Source: Candidatus Zhuqueibacterota bacterium
Lineage (GTDB): Bacteria; Zhuqueibacterota; Zhuqueibacteria; Thermofontimicrobiales; Thermofontimicrobiaceae
Direction of reading: 5' to 3'
Assembly (NCBI GenBank): GCA_049322915.1
Contig: JBMOPW010000034.1
Coordinates: forward strand, 520,567-584,566
DNA length: 64,000 bases
How positions within the stretch are numbered: the first letter of the stretch is position 1; each line of letters opens with the position of its first letter. The translations under genes were made by a program, and so were the position numbers. Shown in pieces: positions 1 to 10,822 of the stretch. A model generated the notes under the pieces. The model was not told the DNA's origin, did no database searches, and worked only from the letters and a program-made list of their open reading frames with translations.

Positions 1-1
1 G

Positions 2-217
2 GAACCGGGCTGCGTGGTCACAGTGGAGCCGGGATTGTACATTCCGCCCAAATCCGATTTGCCGGAAGCCTATTGGAACATCGGCGTGCGGATCGAAGAC
101 GACGTGCTGATTACCGCTGACGGCAGCCGCGTGCTTTCCGGCGCGCTGATGAAGAACATCGAGGACATTGAAAAATTCATGAAACAGGATGGGCTGGCGC
201 AACGCTTGTCGAAATGA
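2..217 (+). CDS. pepP: Xaa-Pro aminopeptidase (M24), C-terminal fragment, truncated by window edge
   Basis: VTVEPGLY...[12 protein letters not shown] metal-ligand motifs of aminopeptidase P. Confidence 0.85.
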   Translation, partial: EPGCVVTVEPGLYIPPKSDLPEAYWNIGVRIEDDVLITADGSRVLSGALMKNIEDIEKFMKQDGLAQRLSK

Positions 218-472
218 CGGATTGACAATTCATAATTGGTCGTTGACAATTCACAATTTATTTCATTCACCAATTGTCGACGTACCAGATCGCCTTTTTC
301 CGTCCCATACATGAAATGACAGTGGTTCCTATTCTGCTGATTGATGTTGCATATTTAATTATCGGGCTGGCATTGATTTTGATAGCTGGCTTCTATGTTA
401 ATAAAAATAGTGGATAGTATTTTCAGGAAAAGTGAAAATGACTAAGGACACATTATCTCAGCTAAGGGGAAA

Positions 473-1045
473 TTGACAATGCAAGAACTATCACCTACGA
501 TAAGGCTCGATAGTATACAAACAAGAATAAGTGTATCAAAAGGTAAAGCTAAGCAATTGATGGAAACATGTGTTTGGTGCTTACTTTATTGTGATCATTC
601 GAATGGAGTAAGATTAAATGTTGAAGATGATGGGACATCGCTTGAATACAGTGTAGTTTGGCCCACTGAGAATCTTGATATAGAAGCTATAATTCGTAGT
701 TACAATAAAAGTGATGCGATAGAAGATGGAGCTGAAGCCATCGCATTGTTAGTTTCTATTGAGCGTACAGAATATAATTGCGTCGAAAGAGCAATAACAT
801 CGACAGGCATAGATTACTGGTTAGGATTTAAGGAGCGTAATCCGAATTATCCATTTCATCGTGCAAGTCGATTAGAAATCTCAGGAATTATGAGTGAAAA
901 CGAAAATAACACAGTAAGGAGTAGAATTCGTCAGAAGTTAAATCAAACGAAGCTTTCTGATTATACAAGTTTTCCAGTATATGTTATAATCGTTGAATTT
1001 AGTAAACCTTATGCAATCATGGTGGTAAAAAATGTCAACAGTTGA
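473..1045 (+). CDS. Hypothetical protein, possible PD-(D/E)XK-like nuclease fold
   Basis: 190-aa AT-rich ORF with E..GIDYWLG..RLEISG spacing; overlaps the start of the next gene. Confidence 0.6.
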   Translation: MTMQELSPTIRLDSIQTRISVSKGKAKQLMETCVWCLLYCDHSNGVRLNVEDDGTSLEYSVVWPTENLDIEAIIRSYNKSDAIEDGAEAIALLVSIERTEYNCVERAITSTGIDYWLGFKERNPNYPFHRASRLEISGIMSENENNTVRSRIRQKLNQTKLSDYTSFPVYVIIVEFSKPYAIMVVKNVNS

Positions 1046-2189
1046 TGAGTTACATCCAATTGCTATAGACCTAGCAGAACAAGCTTTTCTATTTCGTCGT
1101 AAGGGTAACGAAAATAAAGCGAAAGAGCTTTTTCTCGAAGCTTTAAAAATTGAGCAACAAGCAGCGTTCTTACTACCTCCAATTCAGGAATCGGAACCTT
1201 CCAGATCCATTCTATTTCGAAGTGCTTCATCAATAGCTTACAATGCAGGTAATTATGAAAAAGCTGATTGGTTAATATCAAATGGTCTTGCTGGATTTCC
1301 CCCAATAGAGATTAAAGAAGAGCTAAAGAATCTTTATGAAGATGTAAATTTTATGAGGCATCTCAATTTAAAAGGTGTTGAATTAAGTAAGAGAGATTGG
1401 TTGATGACTATTTCTGGAAATGCTACAAGTTACGGTAGCACAGCTGCTGACTTGCTGATGACAAGAGTTGATAAATTAAGTTTGCTTTATTATAGAACTG
1501 TCGAAAGATTATTGAAATTGCCTTATAGAACGACTGGGGGAGTTAGTTCTGAAATAAAAGAAAAATACGGACTATACATAAATGCATTTTTGCCAGGTAG
1601 TTTTGCTGTATCCTTTCAGGTCGGAAAGCCCGATCCACAATTACCTTTATTTCCAAACTCAGATCCAAAAGTTCCTATCGATCCTGAAACAATCATTGAT
1701 GAACTACTGAATTGTTTTAAGATTTTAGAAAGCAATCATCCTAGTGATTTAATAGAAAATTTCGATGATAAAACTTATTATGATAATTTTATCGGATTAG
1801 CTAAACAAATTGCACCTGATGGTGATAAAGTAAAATTAGTCGGATTTAATGTCAGCAGAGATGGCAAAGAACATCCGATAGCTTTGAGAAAAAATCAAAA
1901 ACAATTGAGAGAAACTTCTGAACTTACAACCGAAAAAATTAAGAGCGATGAAAGCATTCCTTCAAAATCATTAATAGGTATTTTAATGCATGCCAATACA
2001 CCGAGGCGGAAGAAATTTGGAACTGTTAAATTAACCGAAACGTCATCAGGTCAAATTTTTACGATTCGAGTTCCCATATCTTTAATGAAAGATGTAGTAC
2101 AACCTTTTTACGAAGAAAAAGTCTCGATCATTGTTACTGAGAAAAAGGGGAAAATGTACTTAGAAGAAATTGAAATATCAAATTCATAA
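1032..2189 (+). CDS. Hypothetical protein with N-terminal TPR-like helical domain and uncharacterised C-terminal region
   Basis: 385-aa AT-rich ORF; helical hairpins (AIDLAEQAF..ALKIEQQAA..EPSRSILFRSASSIA). Confidence 0.6.
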   Translation: MSTVDELHPIAIDLAEQAFLFRRKGNENKAKELFLEALKIEQQAAFLLPPIQESEPSRSILFRSASSIAYNAGNYEKADWLISNGLAGFPPIEIKEELKNLYEDVNFMRHLNLKGVELSKRDWLMTISGNATSYGSTAADLLMTRVDKLSLLYYRTVERLLKLPYRTTGGVSSEIKEKYGLYINAFLPGSFAVSFQVGKPDPQLPLFPNSDPKVPIDPETIIDELLNCFKILESNHPSDLIENFDDKTYYDNFIGLAKQIAPDGDKVKLVGFNVSRDGKEHPIALRKNQKQLRETSELTTEKIKSDESIPSKSLIGILMHANTPRRKKFGTVKLTETSSGQIFTIRVPISLMKDVVQPFYEEKVSIIVTEKKGKMYLEEIEISNS

Positions 2190-2387
2190 TTTTTTCAGCT
2201 GATTGCAGAGCTAAGTAATAAATTGAATTTTAGACTTAAAAGTTAAATCTTTAATTTTCGAATTTGATTTTTATTTGTACTCTGTCATTTGTTATTAATT
2301 TTTTAAGTAGAAGAACATATTTTCCTTTCATGAAATTTCAATTTGCCAGCGCACATGGCCCTGATTCACATTACCGGAGGAAGCTCA

Positions 2388-4055
2388 ATGCACAGTGACA
2401 AGACGAAAAACCAGGTGGAACAACTTCAGAAAATATGGGAAGAAAAAGCCCGGAAATCAAAAACCATCGATAAAAAATATATCACCGTCTCCGGCGAAGA
2501 GGTGAATCCGCTGTACACGCCACTGGACACGGAACACATCGATTTCGGGAGAGACATCAATTTCCCCGGCGAATTTCCATACACCCGCGGCGTGCATGCC
2601 ACCATGTACCGCGGCAAGCCGTGGACCATGCGCCAGTTCGCCGGCATGGGGAACGCTGAGCAAACCAACGAGCGCTACCATTACCTTCTCAAGAGCGGGC
2701 AGACCGGTCTCTCCGTGGCGTTCGATTTGCCCACGCTCATGGGCTACGATTCCGACCATGTCCGGTCACTGGGTGAAGTCGGGAAATGCGGTGTGGCAGT
2801 GGACTCATTAGCGGACATGGAAGTGCTGTTCAAAGGCATTCAACTTGATAAAATTTCAACCTCCATGACCATCAACGCCCCGGCTTCGATCCTCTTTGCC
2901 ATGTATGTGGCAGTCGCTGAGAAACAGGGCGTGTCATCGGAGAAGCTCACCGGCACCATTCAAAATGATATTTTGAAGGAATACATCGCGCAGAAGGAGT
3001 GGATTTACCCGCCGGAACCTTCCATGCGGCTGATCACCGATACCATGGAATTCTGCGCCAATCACGTGCCCAAGTGGAATACCATCTCCATTTCCGGCTA
3101 TCACATCCGCGAGGCAGGCGCCACGGCGGCGCAGGAGCTGGCGTTCACCCTGGCTGACGGTTTTGCCTACGTGGAAGCCGGCATCGCTGCCGGGCTGGAT
3201 GTGGATGTGTTCGCGCCCCGGCTCTCTCATTTCTTCAATTCCCATCTCGACTTCTTCGAAGAGATCGCTAAATTTCGGGCGGCGCGACGGATCTGGGCGC
3301 GTCGCATGCGGGATAAATACAAGGCCAGGAATCCGGCGTCATGGTTGCTGCGGTTCCATACCCAAACGGCCGGTTGCAGCCTAACGGCGCAGCAGCCGGA
3401 GAACAATATTGTTCGAACCGCGTTCCAGGCGCTGGCCGGCGTTTTAGGCGGGACCCAAAGCCTGCACACCAACTCCATGGACGAAACGCTCGCCTTGCCC
3501 TCGGACCACGCGGTCAAAATTGCTCTGCGCACCCAGCAAATCATCGCCCATGAAATCGGCGTGGCCAACACCATCGATCCGTTGGCCGGATCTTATTACG
3601 TGGAATCCCTGACGACCAAAATTGAAGCGCAGGCGGAGAAATATTTCGAGGAAATCGACCGTCGCGGCGGCGTGTTGAAGTGCATCGAGCAGGGCTTTTT
3701 CCAGCGGGAAATCGCCGCATCGGCCTATCGCTATCAGAAAGAAGTGGAAGCGCTGGATCAGATTGTCGTCGGCGTCAATGACTACGTGGAAGCGAACAAA
3801 CAGATCAAAATTCCCATCCTGCAGATTGACCCGCAGGTGGAAGAAGGCCAGCGCGCCGCCCTGAAGAAAATGCGGGCGCAGCGCGACAACGATAAAGTGC
3901 AGCGTTCGCTGGATAACCTGCGCAAAGTAGCCGAAGGCACGGAGAACACCGTCCCGGCCATTCTCGATTGCGTCCGTTGCTACACCACCGAGGGCGAAAT
4001 GGTGGATGTGTTGCGCGCTGTATTCGGTGAGTACCAGGAACCGCCAATTTTTTAG
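2388..4055 (+). CDS. B12-dependent acyl-CoA mutase large subunit (MCM family; isobutyryl-CoA-mutase-like signature)
   Basis: [42 protein letters not shown] motifs; GGAGG RBS before ATG 2388. Confidence 0.92.
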   Translation: MHSDKTKNQVEQLQKIWEEKARKSKTIDKKYITVSGEEVNPLYTPLDTEHIDFGRDINFPGEFPYTRGVHATMYRGKPWTMRQFAGMGNAEQTNERYHYLLKSGQTGLSVAFDLPTLMGYDSDHVRSLGEVGKCGVAVDSLADMEVLFKGIQLDKISTSMTINAPASILFAMYVAVAEKQGVSSEKLTGTIQNDILKEYIAQKEWIYPPEPSMRLITDTMEFCANHVPKWNTISISGYHIREAGATAAQELAFTLADGFAYVEAGIAAGLDVDVFAPRLSHFFNSHLDFFEEIAKFRAARRIWARRMRDKYKARNPASWLLRFHTQTAGCSLTAQQPENNIVRTAFQALAGVLGGTQSLHTNSMDETLALPSDHAVKIALRTQQIIAHEIGVANTIDPLAGSYYVESLTTKIEAQAEKYFEEIDRRGGVLKCIEQGFFQREIAASAYRYQKEVEALDQIVVGVNDYVEANKQIKIPILQIDPQVEEGQRAALKKMRAQRDNDKVQRSLDNLRKVAEGTENTVPAILDCVRCYTTEGEMVDVLRAVFGEYQEPPIF

Positions 4056-4209
4056 AGCTTGCAGCTTTGAGCTATCAGCAGTCAGCCGTCAGCGGTCAGC
4101 AAAAAGCTTTTATCCAGTCGGTTTTGTTAAGGATATGATGATAGCTTCAAACACAAAAAGTGATTGCCTTATTTCATAGCTGAAAGCTGAGCGCTGATAG
4201 CTAACAGCT
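4056..4209. repeat. Inverted pair of degenerate heptamer arrays
   Basis: gctatcagcagtcagccgtcagcggtcagc (~4071-4100) and gctgaaagctgagcgctgatagctaacagc (~4179-4208). Confidence 0.65.
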
Positions 4210-4270
4210 CCTATCTAAACAATGTCAAATCAAGATATACTTGTAACTAAAATACAATCCGAGGAAATTA

Positions 4271-4666
4271 ATGAATCGCAAAATACGAATTCTGTTGGCC
4301 AAACCAGGATTGGATGGTCACGACCGTGGAATCATTGTCATTGCATCTGCCCTGCGGGACGCCGGGATTGAAGTGATTTATACCGGGCTCAGGCAAACGC
4401 CGGAGCAGATCGTCAATGCCGCCATTCAGGAGGATGTCGACGCCATTGGCATGAGCATTCTCTCCGGCGCGCACATGACGCTGTTCCCGGCTGTGCTCGA
4501 TTTGCTGCGACAGAGCCACGCGGAGTCCATTGTTCTGTTCGGCGGCGGCATCATTCCCGAGGATGATATTGAAAAACTGTATGAAAAAGGCGTGGACAGG
4601 CTCTTCACGCCGGGCGCTTCCACTGAGGATATTGTGAAATTTATTTTTGAGCGCTTCGGTCACTGA
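4271..4666 (+). CDS. Cobalamin-binding small subunit of acyl-CoA mutase
   Basis: [11 protein letters not shown] (DxHxxG), SIL.GAH, GGG motifs. Confidence 0.93.
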   Translation: MNRKIRILLAKPGLDGHDRGIIVIASALRDAGIEVIYTGLRQTPEQIVNAAIQEDVDAIGMSILSGAHMTLFPAVLDLLRQSHAESIVLFGGGIIPEDDIEKLYEKGVDRLFTPGASTEDIVKFIFERFGH

Positions 4667-4789
4667 TGATTTTTCGTTTCTGTTCCTACGAATAAAATTT
4701 CTCATGGAGTGCATTCCTCACTTGAAGTGCAATGATGCGATGCCCTCCCAGTTCCTGTATCGTGACCATAAAGGTTACAAAATTAATCC

Positions 4790-6136
4790 ATGAATTCCAT
4801 CGGAACTTCGTCCAGCAAAGCTAAAATTACCCGTAATGTCATCGTCCTCGGGCTCGTCAGCCTGTTCACCGATGCCTCCAGCGAAATGATTTATCCGCTC
4901 GTCCCGATTTTCATCACCTTTCTGGGCTCCGGCGTTTTCATTCTGGGGGTTATCGAAGGGGTGGCGGAGACGACAGCTTCCCTGGTCAAATTGTTCAGCG
5001 GCATTATCTCCGACAAAATCCGAAAGCGAAAATTGCTGATTGTCATCGGCTACGGCGTCTCCACACTCTTTCGGCCATTGACCGGCATGGTGACCGCGGG
5101 CTGGCAGATCGTCATCATCCGAATGATCGATCGGATTGGCAAGGGCATTCGGAGTGCGCCGCGCGATGCGCTGATTGCGTCCTCCGTCGATGACCGGATC
5201 CGGGGCAAGGCCTACGGATTCCATCGCGCCATGGATCATACCGGCGCTGTTGCCGGCCCGCTGCTGGCGCTGCTCTGCCTCGTTGTCCTCATTATCGGCT
5301 TTGAAATGCGGGATACGCTTCTCACCCTTCGATACACATTCCTGCTCGCTTTACTGCCCGGGCTGCTGGCGGTGATCGCGCTGGTCGGCTTTGTCCGGGA
5401 GAAAGTGGACAGCGCTCCGGCCGCGAAAATCAATCTGTCGCTCAAACGATTCGACAAAAATTTCATCGCGTTTTTATCCATCATTGTGCTGTTCACGCTC
5501 GGCAATTCGTCCGATGCATTTTTGCTGTTCCGCGTTCAGCACGTCATCCACGAGAGCCAAACGCTGCACGCCCTTGTCTATTCGACGCCCCTCATCGGCG
5601 ACATGATTTCCGGCATCGGCCCGGCTGAGGCGCAACAAAAATTTATCGAGATCCTTTTTATCCCGCTGGTCTGGGCTTTTTTCCACGTGATAAAAGCCGT
5701 GTTTTCCATGCCTATGGGCGCGCTGTCCGATAGAATCGGGCGCAAGCGAGTGATCACCTTTGGCTGGGCGATTTACACTTTTGTCTATGTATCGTTCGCC
5801 CTGCTGGATCTGCTGCCGGGTCGGCTCCAGATCATCGCCACGTTCGTCCTGTTCGCGATTTATGCCCTGTATTACGCGTTCACCGAGGGAGCGGAGAAAG
5901 CGTTCATCGCGGACGTCGTTCATCCCGAGGTCCGCGGCAGCGCCTTTGGGCTGTATAATTTCGCCATCGGTCTGGGCGCGCTGCCGGCGAGCATTATATT
6001 TGGCCTGATCTACCAGTATTACGGCGCTCCGGTAGCGTTCGGAACCGGCGCCGCCATTGCCGGCATTTCAATGCTCTTGCTCAGCCTTTTCGTCAGTGAG
6101 AAAAAACCGCGAGCTGCGGCAGCGCAGCCATCCTAA
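4790..6136 (+). CDS. MFS transporter
   Basis: About 12 hydrophobic segments; motif-A-like GIISDKIRKRK and GALSDRIGRK. Confidence 0.88.
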   Translation: MNSIGTSSSKAKITRNVIVLGLVSLFTDASSEMIYPLVPIFITFLGSGVFILGVIEGVAETTASLVKLFSGIISDKIRKRKLLIVIGYGVSTLFRPLTGMVTAGWQIVIIRMIDRIGKGIRSAPRDALIASSVDDRIRGKAYGFHRAMDHTGAVAGPLLALLCLVVLIIGFEMRDTLLTLRYTFLLALLPGLLAVIALVGFVREKVDSAPAAKINLSLKRFDKNFIAFLSIIVLFTLGNSSDAFLLFRVQHVIHESQTLHALVYSTPLIGDMISGIGPAEAQQKFIEILFIPLVWAFFHVIKAVFSMPMGALSDRIGRKRVITFGWAIYTFVYVSFALLDLLPGRLQIIATFVLFAIYALYYAFTEGAEKAFIADVVHPEVRGSAFGLYNFAIGLGALPASIIFGLIYQYYGAPVAFGTGAAIAGISMLLLSLFVSEKKPRAAAAQPS

Positions 6137-6189
6137 GCAGGATAGCCGGGATGTGTTTTTTTTAATTAAACAATCTTTTCTGAAGCGCC

Positions 6190-6816
6190 ATGAATTTGAA
6201 AAATCTGACAATCGCTCTGATCATCGCTCTTGTTTTTGAAGTTACTCTCAAGCTGAGCCATAGACTCGCGCCGTTCATTTTCGAAATCCCGCTTCTCGTA
6301 AATATCACTTCATTACTGAAAGTGCTGACCGGCGTGCTGATCATTTTGTTTCTTTTCTATTTTCTTCAGACAGAAAAAGACGGCGGGACGGTGGAACTGG
6401 CGTTGAAAATAACGCTGGGGGTGGTCATCCTGGCTTTCCTTTACCGGTTGCCTCTGCCGCATAGCGTGAATGACTTCAAGACATTTCGGTTCATCGGAGG
6501 AATTTTAAGCGTAGCCGGTTCGGCGCTATTTTTCCTGCTTGTGCTGATGTACCGGAAAAAGATACCTCAAAGCGCCGGACCATTTCTTCAGGCGATCACC
6601 CTGGTCAGCGTCGTCTTTGCCATTGACATTTTGAAAAATCTGTATTCGCTGATAACTTTGGTGCGGTTCATCATGTTCGGCGCCATTGTCGATTTTCCGT
6701 TCGCGATTCATCGGGCGATGTTTGTGCTCTTCATATTCGGGCATCTTGCTTTGATCTATTTCCTGTACCAGTTTTATCGATTCAACGTTAGTTCAAACCG
6801 GACGGAACAGGGATAG
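6190..6816 (+). CDS. Hypothetical integral membrane protein
   Basis: 208 aa, about 6 hydrophobic helices, colinear with neighbours. Confidence 0.6.
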   Translation: MNLKNLTIALIIALVFEVTLKLSHRLAPFIFEIPLLVNITSLLKVLTGVLIILFLFYFLQTEKDGGTVELALKITLGVVILAFLYRLPLPHSVNDFKTFRFIGGILSVAGSALFFLLVLMYRKKIPQSAGPFLQAITLVSVVFAIDILKNLYSLITLVRFIMFGAIVDFPFAIHRAMFVLFIFGHLALIYFLYQFYRFNVSSNRTEQG

Positions 6817-6876
6817 CGCGACCTATCCACGTTTCCGGACTATACAACGATGTTATTCGAAAAAGGTCTCCCACTC

Positions 6877-8427
6877 ATGACACTTGATCCCAAATTAGAC
6901 AGGCTTTACAAGCTGCGCGAGCAGGCCAGGCTGGGCGGCGGCGTCAAGCGCATCGCGGACCAGCACAACAAGGGCAAACTCACTGCGCGCGAGCGCATCG
7001 ATCTCCTGCTCGACGAAGGCACTTTCGAAGAAATGGACATGTTCGTCCGGCACCGCTGCACCGATTTCGGCCTGGAGCGCGAGAGCTATCCGGGCGATGG
7101 CGTGATTACAGGCTACGGCCAGATCAACGGGCGGCTCGTGTTTGTGTTCTCCCAGGACTTCACCGTATTCGGCGGCTCGCTCTCCGAGAGCTACGCGCGA
7201 AAGATATGCAAAATTATGGATCTGGCGCTCAAAGTCGGCGCTCCGGTCATTGGCATCAACGACTCCGGCGGCGCGCGCATCCAGGAGGGCGTGGACAGTC
7301 TTGGCGGCTACGCGGATATTTTTCTGCGCAATACGCTCTGCTCCGGCGTCATCCCGCAGATCAGCATCATCGCCGGGCCCTGCGCCGGAGGCGCGGTCTA
7401 CTCGCCAGCCATCACCGATTTCATCTTCATGGTGAAGCATACCAGCTATATGTTCGTGACCGGGCCCAACGTGGTGAAAACCGTGACCCACGAGGACGTC
7501 AGTTTCGAGGATCTGGGCGGCGCGAACACGCACAGTTCCAGGAGCGGAGTTTCCCATTTCGCCTGCGAAAATGAGATCGAGACGATCAACTGCGTCCGTC
7601 AATTGCTGAACTACCTGCCGCTGAACAATCTCGATGATCCACCCTATTTTGAGCCGACCGATCCCATCGACCGGCTGGATGAAGGGCTGAACTCCATTGT
7701 CCCGGAGAATCCCAATAAACCGTACGACATGAAAGACATCATCACCCGCGTGGTGGACGACGGCGAGTTTTTTGAAGTCCACAAAGACTGGGCGCAAAAC
7801 ATCATCATCGGATTTGCGCGGCTCGGCGGTTACTCGGTGGGCATTGTGGGCAATCAACCGGCGGTGCTGGCCGGGGTGCTGGACATCGATTCATCGTGCA
7901 AAGCCGGGCGCTTTGTCCGCTTCTGCGACTGCTTCAACATCCCGCTCATCACGTTCGAAGATGTGCCGGGATTTCTGCCGGGCACAGCCCAGGAGTTTGG
8001 CGGCATCATCAAGCACGGCGCAAAACTGCTCTACGCCTTTTGCGAAGCCACCGTGCCCAAAATAACCGTGATCACGCGAAAAGCTTACGGCGGCGCCTAC
8101 GACGTCATGAGCAGCAAGCACATCCGCGGGGATTTCAATCTGGCCTGGCCATCGGCGGAATTAGCGGTGATGGGACCCAAGGGCGCAGTGGAAATCATTT
8201 TCAAAAAGGAGATCGCTACGTCCGAGAATCCGGAAAAAGCGCTGGAAGACAAGCTGAACAAATTTATCAATGAATTTGCCAACCCATACAAGGCTGCCGA
8301 GCGCGGCTACCTGGATGATGTGATCGAGCCGAAATACACGCGGCCCAAGCTGATCCGCGCGCTGCAGATGCTGGAAACCAAGAGCGATACCAATCCCAGG
8401 AAGAAGCATGGGAATATTCCTTTGTAA
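6877..8427 (+). CDS. pccB: Acyl-CoA (propionyl-CoA-type) carboxylase, carboxyltransferase subunit
   Basis: [54 protein letters not shown]. Confidence 0.88.
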   Translation: MTLDPKLDRLYKLREQARLGGGVKRIADQHNKGKLTARERIDLLLDEGTFEEMDMFVRHRCTDFGLERESYPGDGVITGYGQINGRLVFVFSQDFTVFGGSLSESYARKICKIMDLALKVGAPVIGINDSGGARIQEGVDSLGGYADIFLRNTLCSGVIPQISIIAGPCAGGAVYSPAITDFIFMVKHTSYMFVTGPNVVKTVTHEDVSFEDLGGANTHSSRSGVSHFACENEIETINCVRQLLNYLPLNNLDDPPYFEPTDPIDRLDEGLNSIVPENPNKPYDMKDIITRVVDDGEFFEVHKDWAQNIIIGFARLGGYSVGIVGNQPAVLAGVLDIDSSCKAGRFVRFCDCFNIPLITFEDVPGFLPGTAQEFGGIIKHGAKLLYAFCEATVPKITVITRKAYGGAYDVMSSKHIRGDFNLAWPSAELAVMGPKGAVEIIFKKEIATSENPEKALEDKLNKFINEFANPYKAAERGYLDDVIEPKYTRPKLIRALQMLETKSDTNPRKKHGNIPL

Positions 8428-8505
8428 CCGCTAATGACGCGAATGAAAAATCATTAGCGGAATTAGCGGTCTGTATTTCTTGATTCAAGCTAAGATTAAC
8501 GATCC

Positions 8506-8698
8506 ATGGGTCGACTCTGAAACGCCTTAAAAGGCTTTGATACGTTGGGTATTACAACTTTTCCACGTCATAAATGACGTGGCAATTCAATTGAAAAAAT
8601 TATATGTTAGATAATTTGAATAGCCCCGACTTTTAAGTCGGGGAACAGAAATTTACCTGTGGGTTTTGGGCTTTAGCCCCTTTTGGGAACGGACTCAT
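8506..8698. mobile_element. MITE-like repeat A, copy 1 (uninterrupted)
   Basis: Similar to 11116-11472; internal hairpins ccacgtca-taaa-tgacgtgg, ccccgactt-tt-aagtcgggg and gggctttagccc; ends ATGGGTCGACT / GGACTCAT. Confidence 0.7.
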
Positions 8699-8722
8699 CC
8701 ATTAAAAAAGAAAATAGCCATC

Positions 8723-10228
8723 ATGTTCAAAAAAATCCTCATCGCTAATCGCGGCGAAATTGCCATTCGTGTGATGCGCGCCTGCCGCGAAATGAATATC
8801 GCCACTGTGGCCGTGTATTCGGAAGCGGATCGCACGGCCCAGCACGTGCGTTACGCGGACGAAGCTTATCTGTTGGGACCGGCCGCTGCCAGTGAAAGCT
8901 ATCTGGTCAAAGAAAAAATTATCGACGTGGCAAAGCGCTCCGGCGCCGAAGCCATTCATCCCGGCTATGGCTTTTTGGCCGAGAACGCGGACTTCGCGCA
9001 TATGGTTCAACAAAGCGGATTGGTCTTCATCGGCCCCAATCCGGACACTATCCGGCTGCTCGGCGATAAAATGGCCGCGCGCGACACCGTGTCCCGCGCC
9101 AACGTGCCTATTGTTCCCGGCGTCAAGGAAGCGATTTCCTCGTCGGAAGAGGCGCAGTCCATCGCCGAAACGATTGGCTATCCCGTACTCATCAAAGCGG
9201 CTGCCGGCGGCGGCGGCAAAGGCATGCGCATTGTTCAGAATAAAAAGGAACTGCCCCAGCTTTTCAAAATGGCGCGCTCCGAAGCCAAATCCGCTTTTGG
9301 CGACGACCGCATCTACATTGAAAAATACCTGGAATCGCCGCGCCACATCGAGTTTCAGATCATCGCTGACACGCACGGGAATGTGGTGCATCTTGGGGAA
9401 CGGGAATGTTCCATTCAGCGCCGGCATCAGAAAGTGATCGAGGAATCGCCCTCCCCCATCGTCGATGCGGAACTTCGGTGCATCATGGGTGAAACAGCCA
9501 TCCATGCGGCCCGCGCTGCCGGCTACGTCAATGCCGGGACCGTGGAGTTTCTGATCGACCGCCATAAAAATTTTTACTTTCTGGAAGTGAACACCCGGCT
9601 TCAGGTGGAGCACCCGGTCACGGAAATGGTGACCGGCATCGATCTGGCGCGCGAGCAAATCCGCATCGCTGCCGGTCTCGAACTCAGCTTCAGCGCCGCG
9701 GACATTCGGATGTCCGGCTCAGCCATTGAATGCCGCATTTACGCTGAAGATCCGGAGAACAATTTCATGCCATCCATCGGCGTCATTCAAAGCTACCGCG
9801 AACCCAATGGCCCGGGCGTTCGCGTGGATTCCGGTCTGGCGCGGGGCGATCAGGTTTCCATTTACTACGATCCCATGATTTCCAAATTGATCTGCTGGGG
9901 CCGAACCCGCACCGAGGCCATCGAGCGGATGCGACGCGCACTGGAGGAATACACCATCGCCGGCGTCAGTACGGCCATTCCGTTTCACAAGCAGGTGATG
10001 AATCACCCCAATTTCATTGCCGGTAATTTATCGACGCATTTCATCAATGAAAACAAGCAATTGTTGGAATTGGACGATACCATTCCGGAGACCGATTTGC
10101 GCATGATGGCGGCGTTGACCTGCCTTTACGATTTCAAACACAAGCAGCGAAAAAACCAAATCGCATCGCCGCCAAAGATGACTTGCTGGAAACAGGAGAG
10201 CCGGCGCCGCAGGCTATCCGGTTCGTGA
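8723..10228 (+). CDS. accC: Biotin carboxylase
   Basis: MFKKILIANRGEIA, IHPGYGFLAEN, GGGGKG, ERECSIQRRHQK, EVNTRLQVEHPVTE. Confidence 0.92.
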   Translation: MFKKILIANRGEIAIRVMRACREMNIATVAVYSEADRTAQHVRYADEAYLLGPAAASESYLVKEKIIDVAKRSGAEAIHPGYGFLAENADFAHMVQQSGLVFIGPNPDTIRLLGDKMAARDTVSRANVPIVPGVKEAISSSEEAQSIAETIGYPVLIKAAAGGGGKGMRIVQNKKELPQLFKMARSEAKSAFGDDRIYIEKYLESPRHIEFQIIADTHGNVVHLGERECSIQRRHQKVIEESPSPIVDAELRCIMGETAIHAARAAGYVNAGTVEFLIDRHKNFYFLEVNTRLQVEHPVTEMVTGIDLAREQIRIAAGLELSFSAADIRMSGSAIECRIYAEDPENNFMPSIGVIQSYREPNGPGVRVDSGLARGDQVSIYYDPMISKLICWGRTRTEAIERMRRALEEYTIAGVSTAIPFHKQVMNHPNFIAGNLSTHFINENKQLLELDDTIPETDLRMMAALTCLYDFKHKQRKNQIASPPKMTCWKQESRRRRLSGS

Positions 10229-10315
10229 GAATCGAACAGGCCGTCCCGAGCTTGACAGGCAATAAGGCAGCTTTTTCTGATGCCGCCTCGTCCGTACCAA
10301 AATGACAGGAGAATC

Positions 10316-10822
10316 ATGAAATACGTAGCCCGCATTCACAACAAAGAATTCAGCATCGAACTGGAAGACCGCGGTGGCGAAGTGGTGGCGATTTTCGAAG
10401 AAGGAACCTATCCGATACAACTCAACGAAATCGATGGCAGCCGTATCTTTTCGGCGCTTATCGGCAATCGTTCGTTCGAAATAGAGATCAACCGGAATTC
10501 GACCGGCTACCTTGTCTCGCATCAGGGTCGGAGCCTGAAATGCACGGTCGAAGACGAACGGCTGGTTCGGCTGAAACGGGCCATGGGCAGCCAGGTTGTG
10601 GATCGGCAGGAAAAAGAGCTGCGCGCGCCCATGCCGGGGCTGGTCGTCGTCGTGGAAGCGACGCCAGGCCAGCGCGTCAAGCCCGGCGATGGATTGCTGA
10701 TCATCGAAGCCATGAAAATGGAAAATGAGATCAGAGCGAAGTTCGAGGGGACTGTGAAAGAAATAAAAATTCAGCCTCGTCAGCCAGTGGAAAAGAATCA
10801 GGTGCTGATGATTTTCGAATAA
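10316..10822 (+). CDS. Biotin carboxyl carrier protein with N-terminal BT-like domain
   Basis: APMPG...EAMKMENE biotinylation motif; AGGAG RBS before ATG 10316. Confidence 0.9.
   Translation: MKYVARIHNKEFSIELEDRGGEVVAIFEEGTYPIQLNEIDGSRIFSALIGNRSFEIEINRNSTGYLVSHQGRSLKCTVEDERLVRLKRAMGSQVVDRQEKELRAPMPGLVVVVEATPGQRVKPGDGLLIIEAMKMENEIRAKFEGTVKEIKIQPRQPVEKNQVLMIFE

Noticed and set aside
8666..8722. N-terminal extensions in the ORF track for accC (8666), HMGCS (17138), pmbA (31708) and the DHOD-like gene (47933)
   Set aside because: They run through repeats or neighbouring genes; family-typical starts lie downstream
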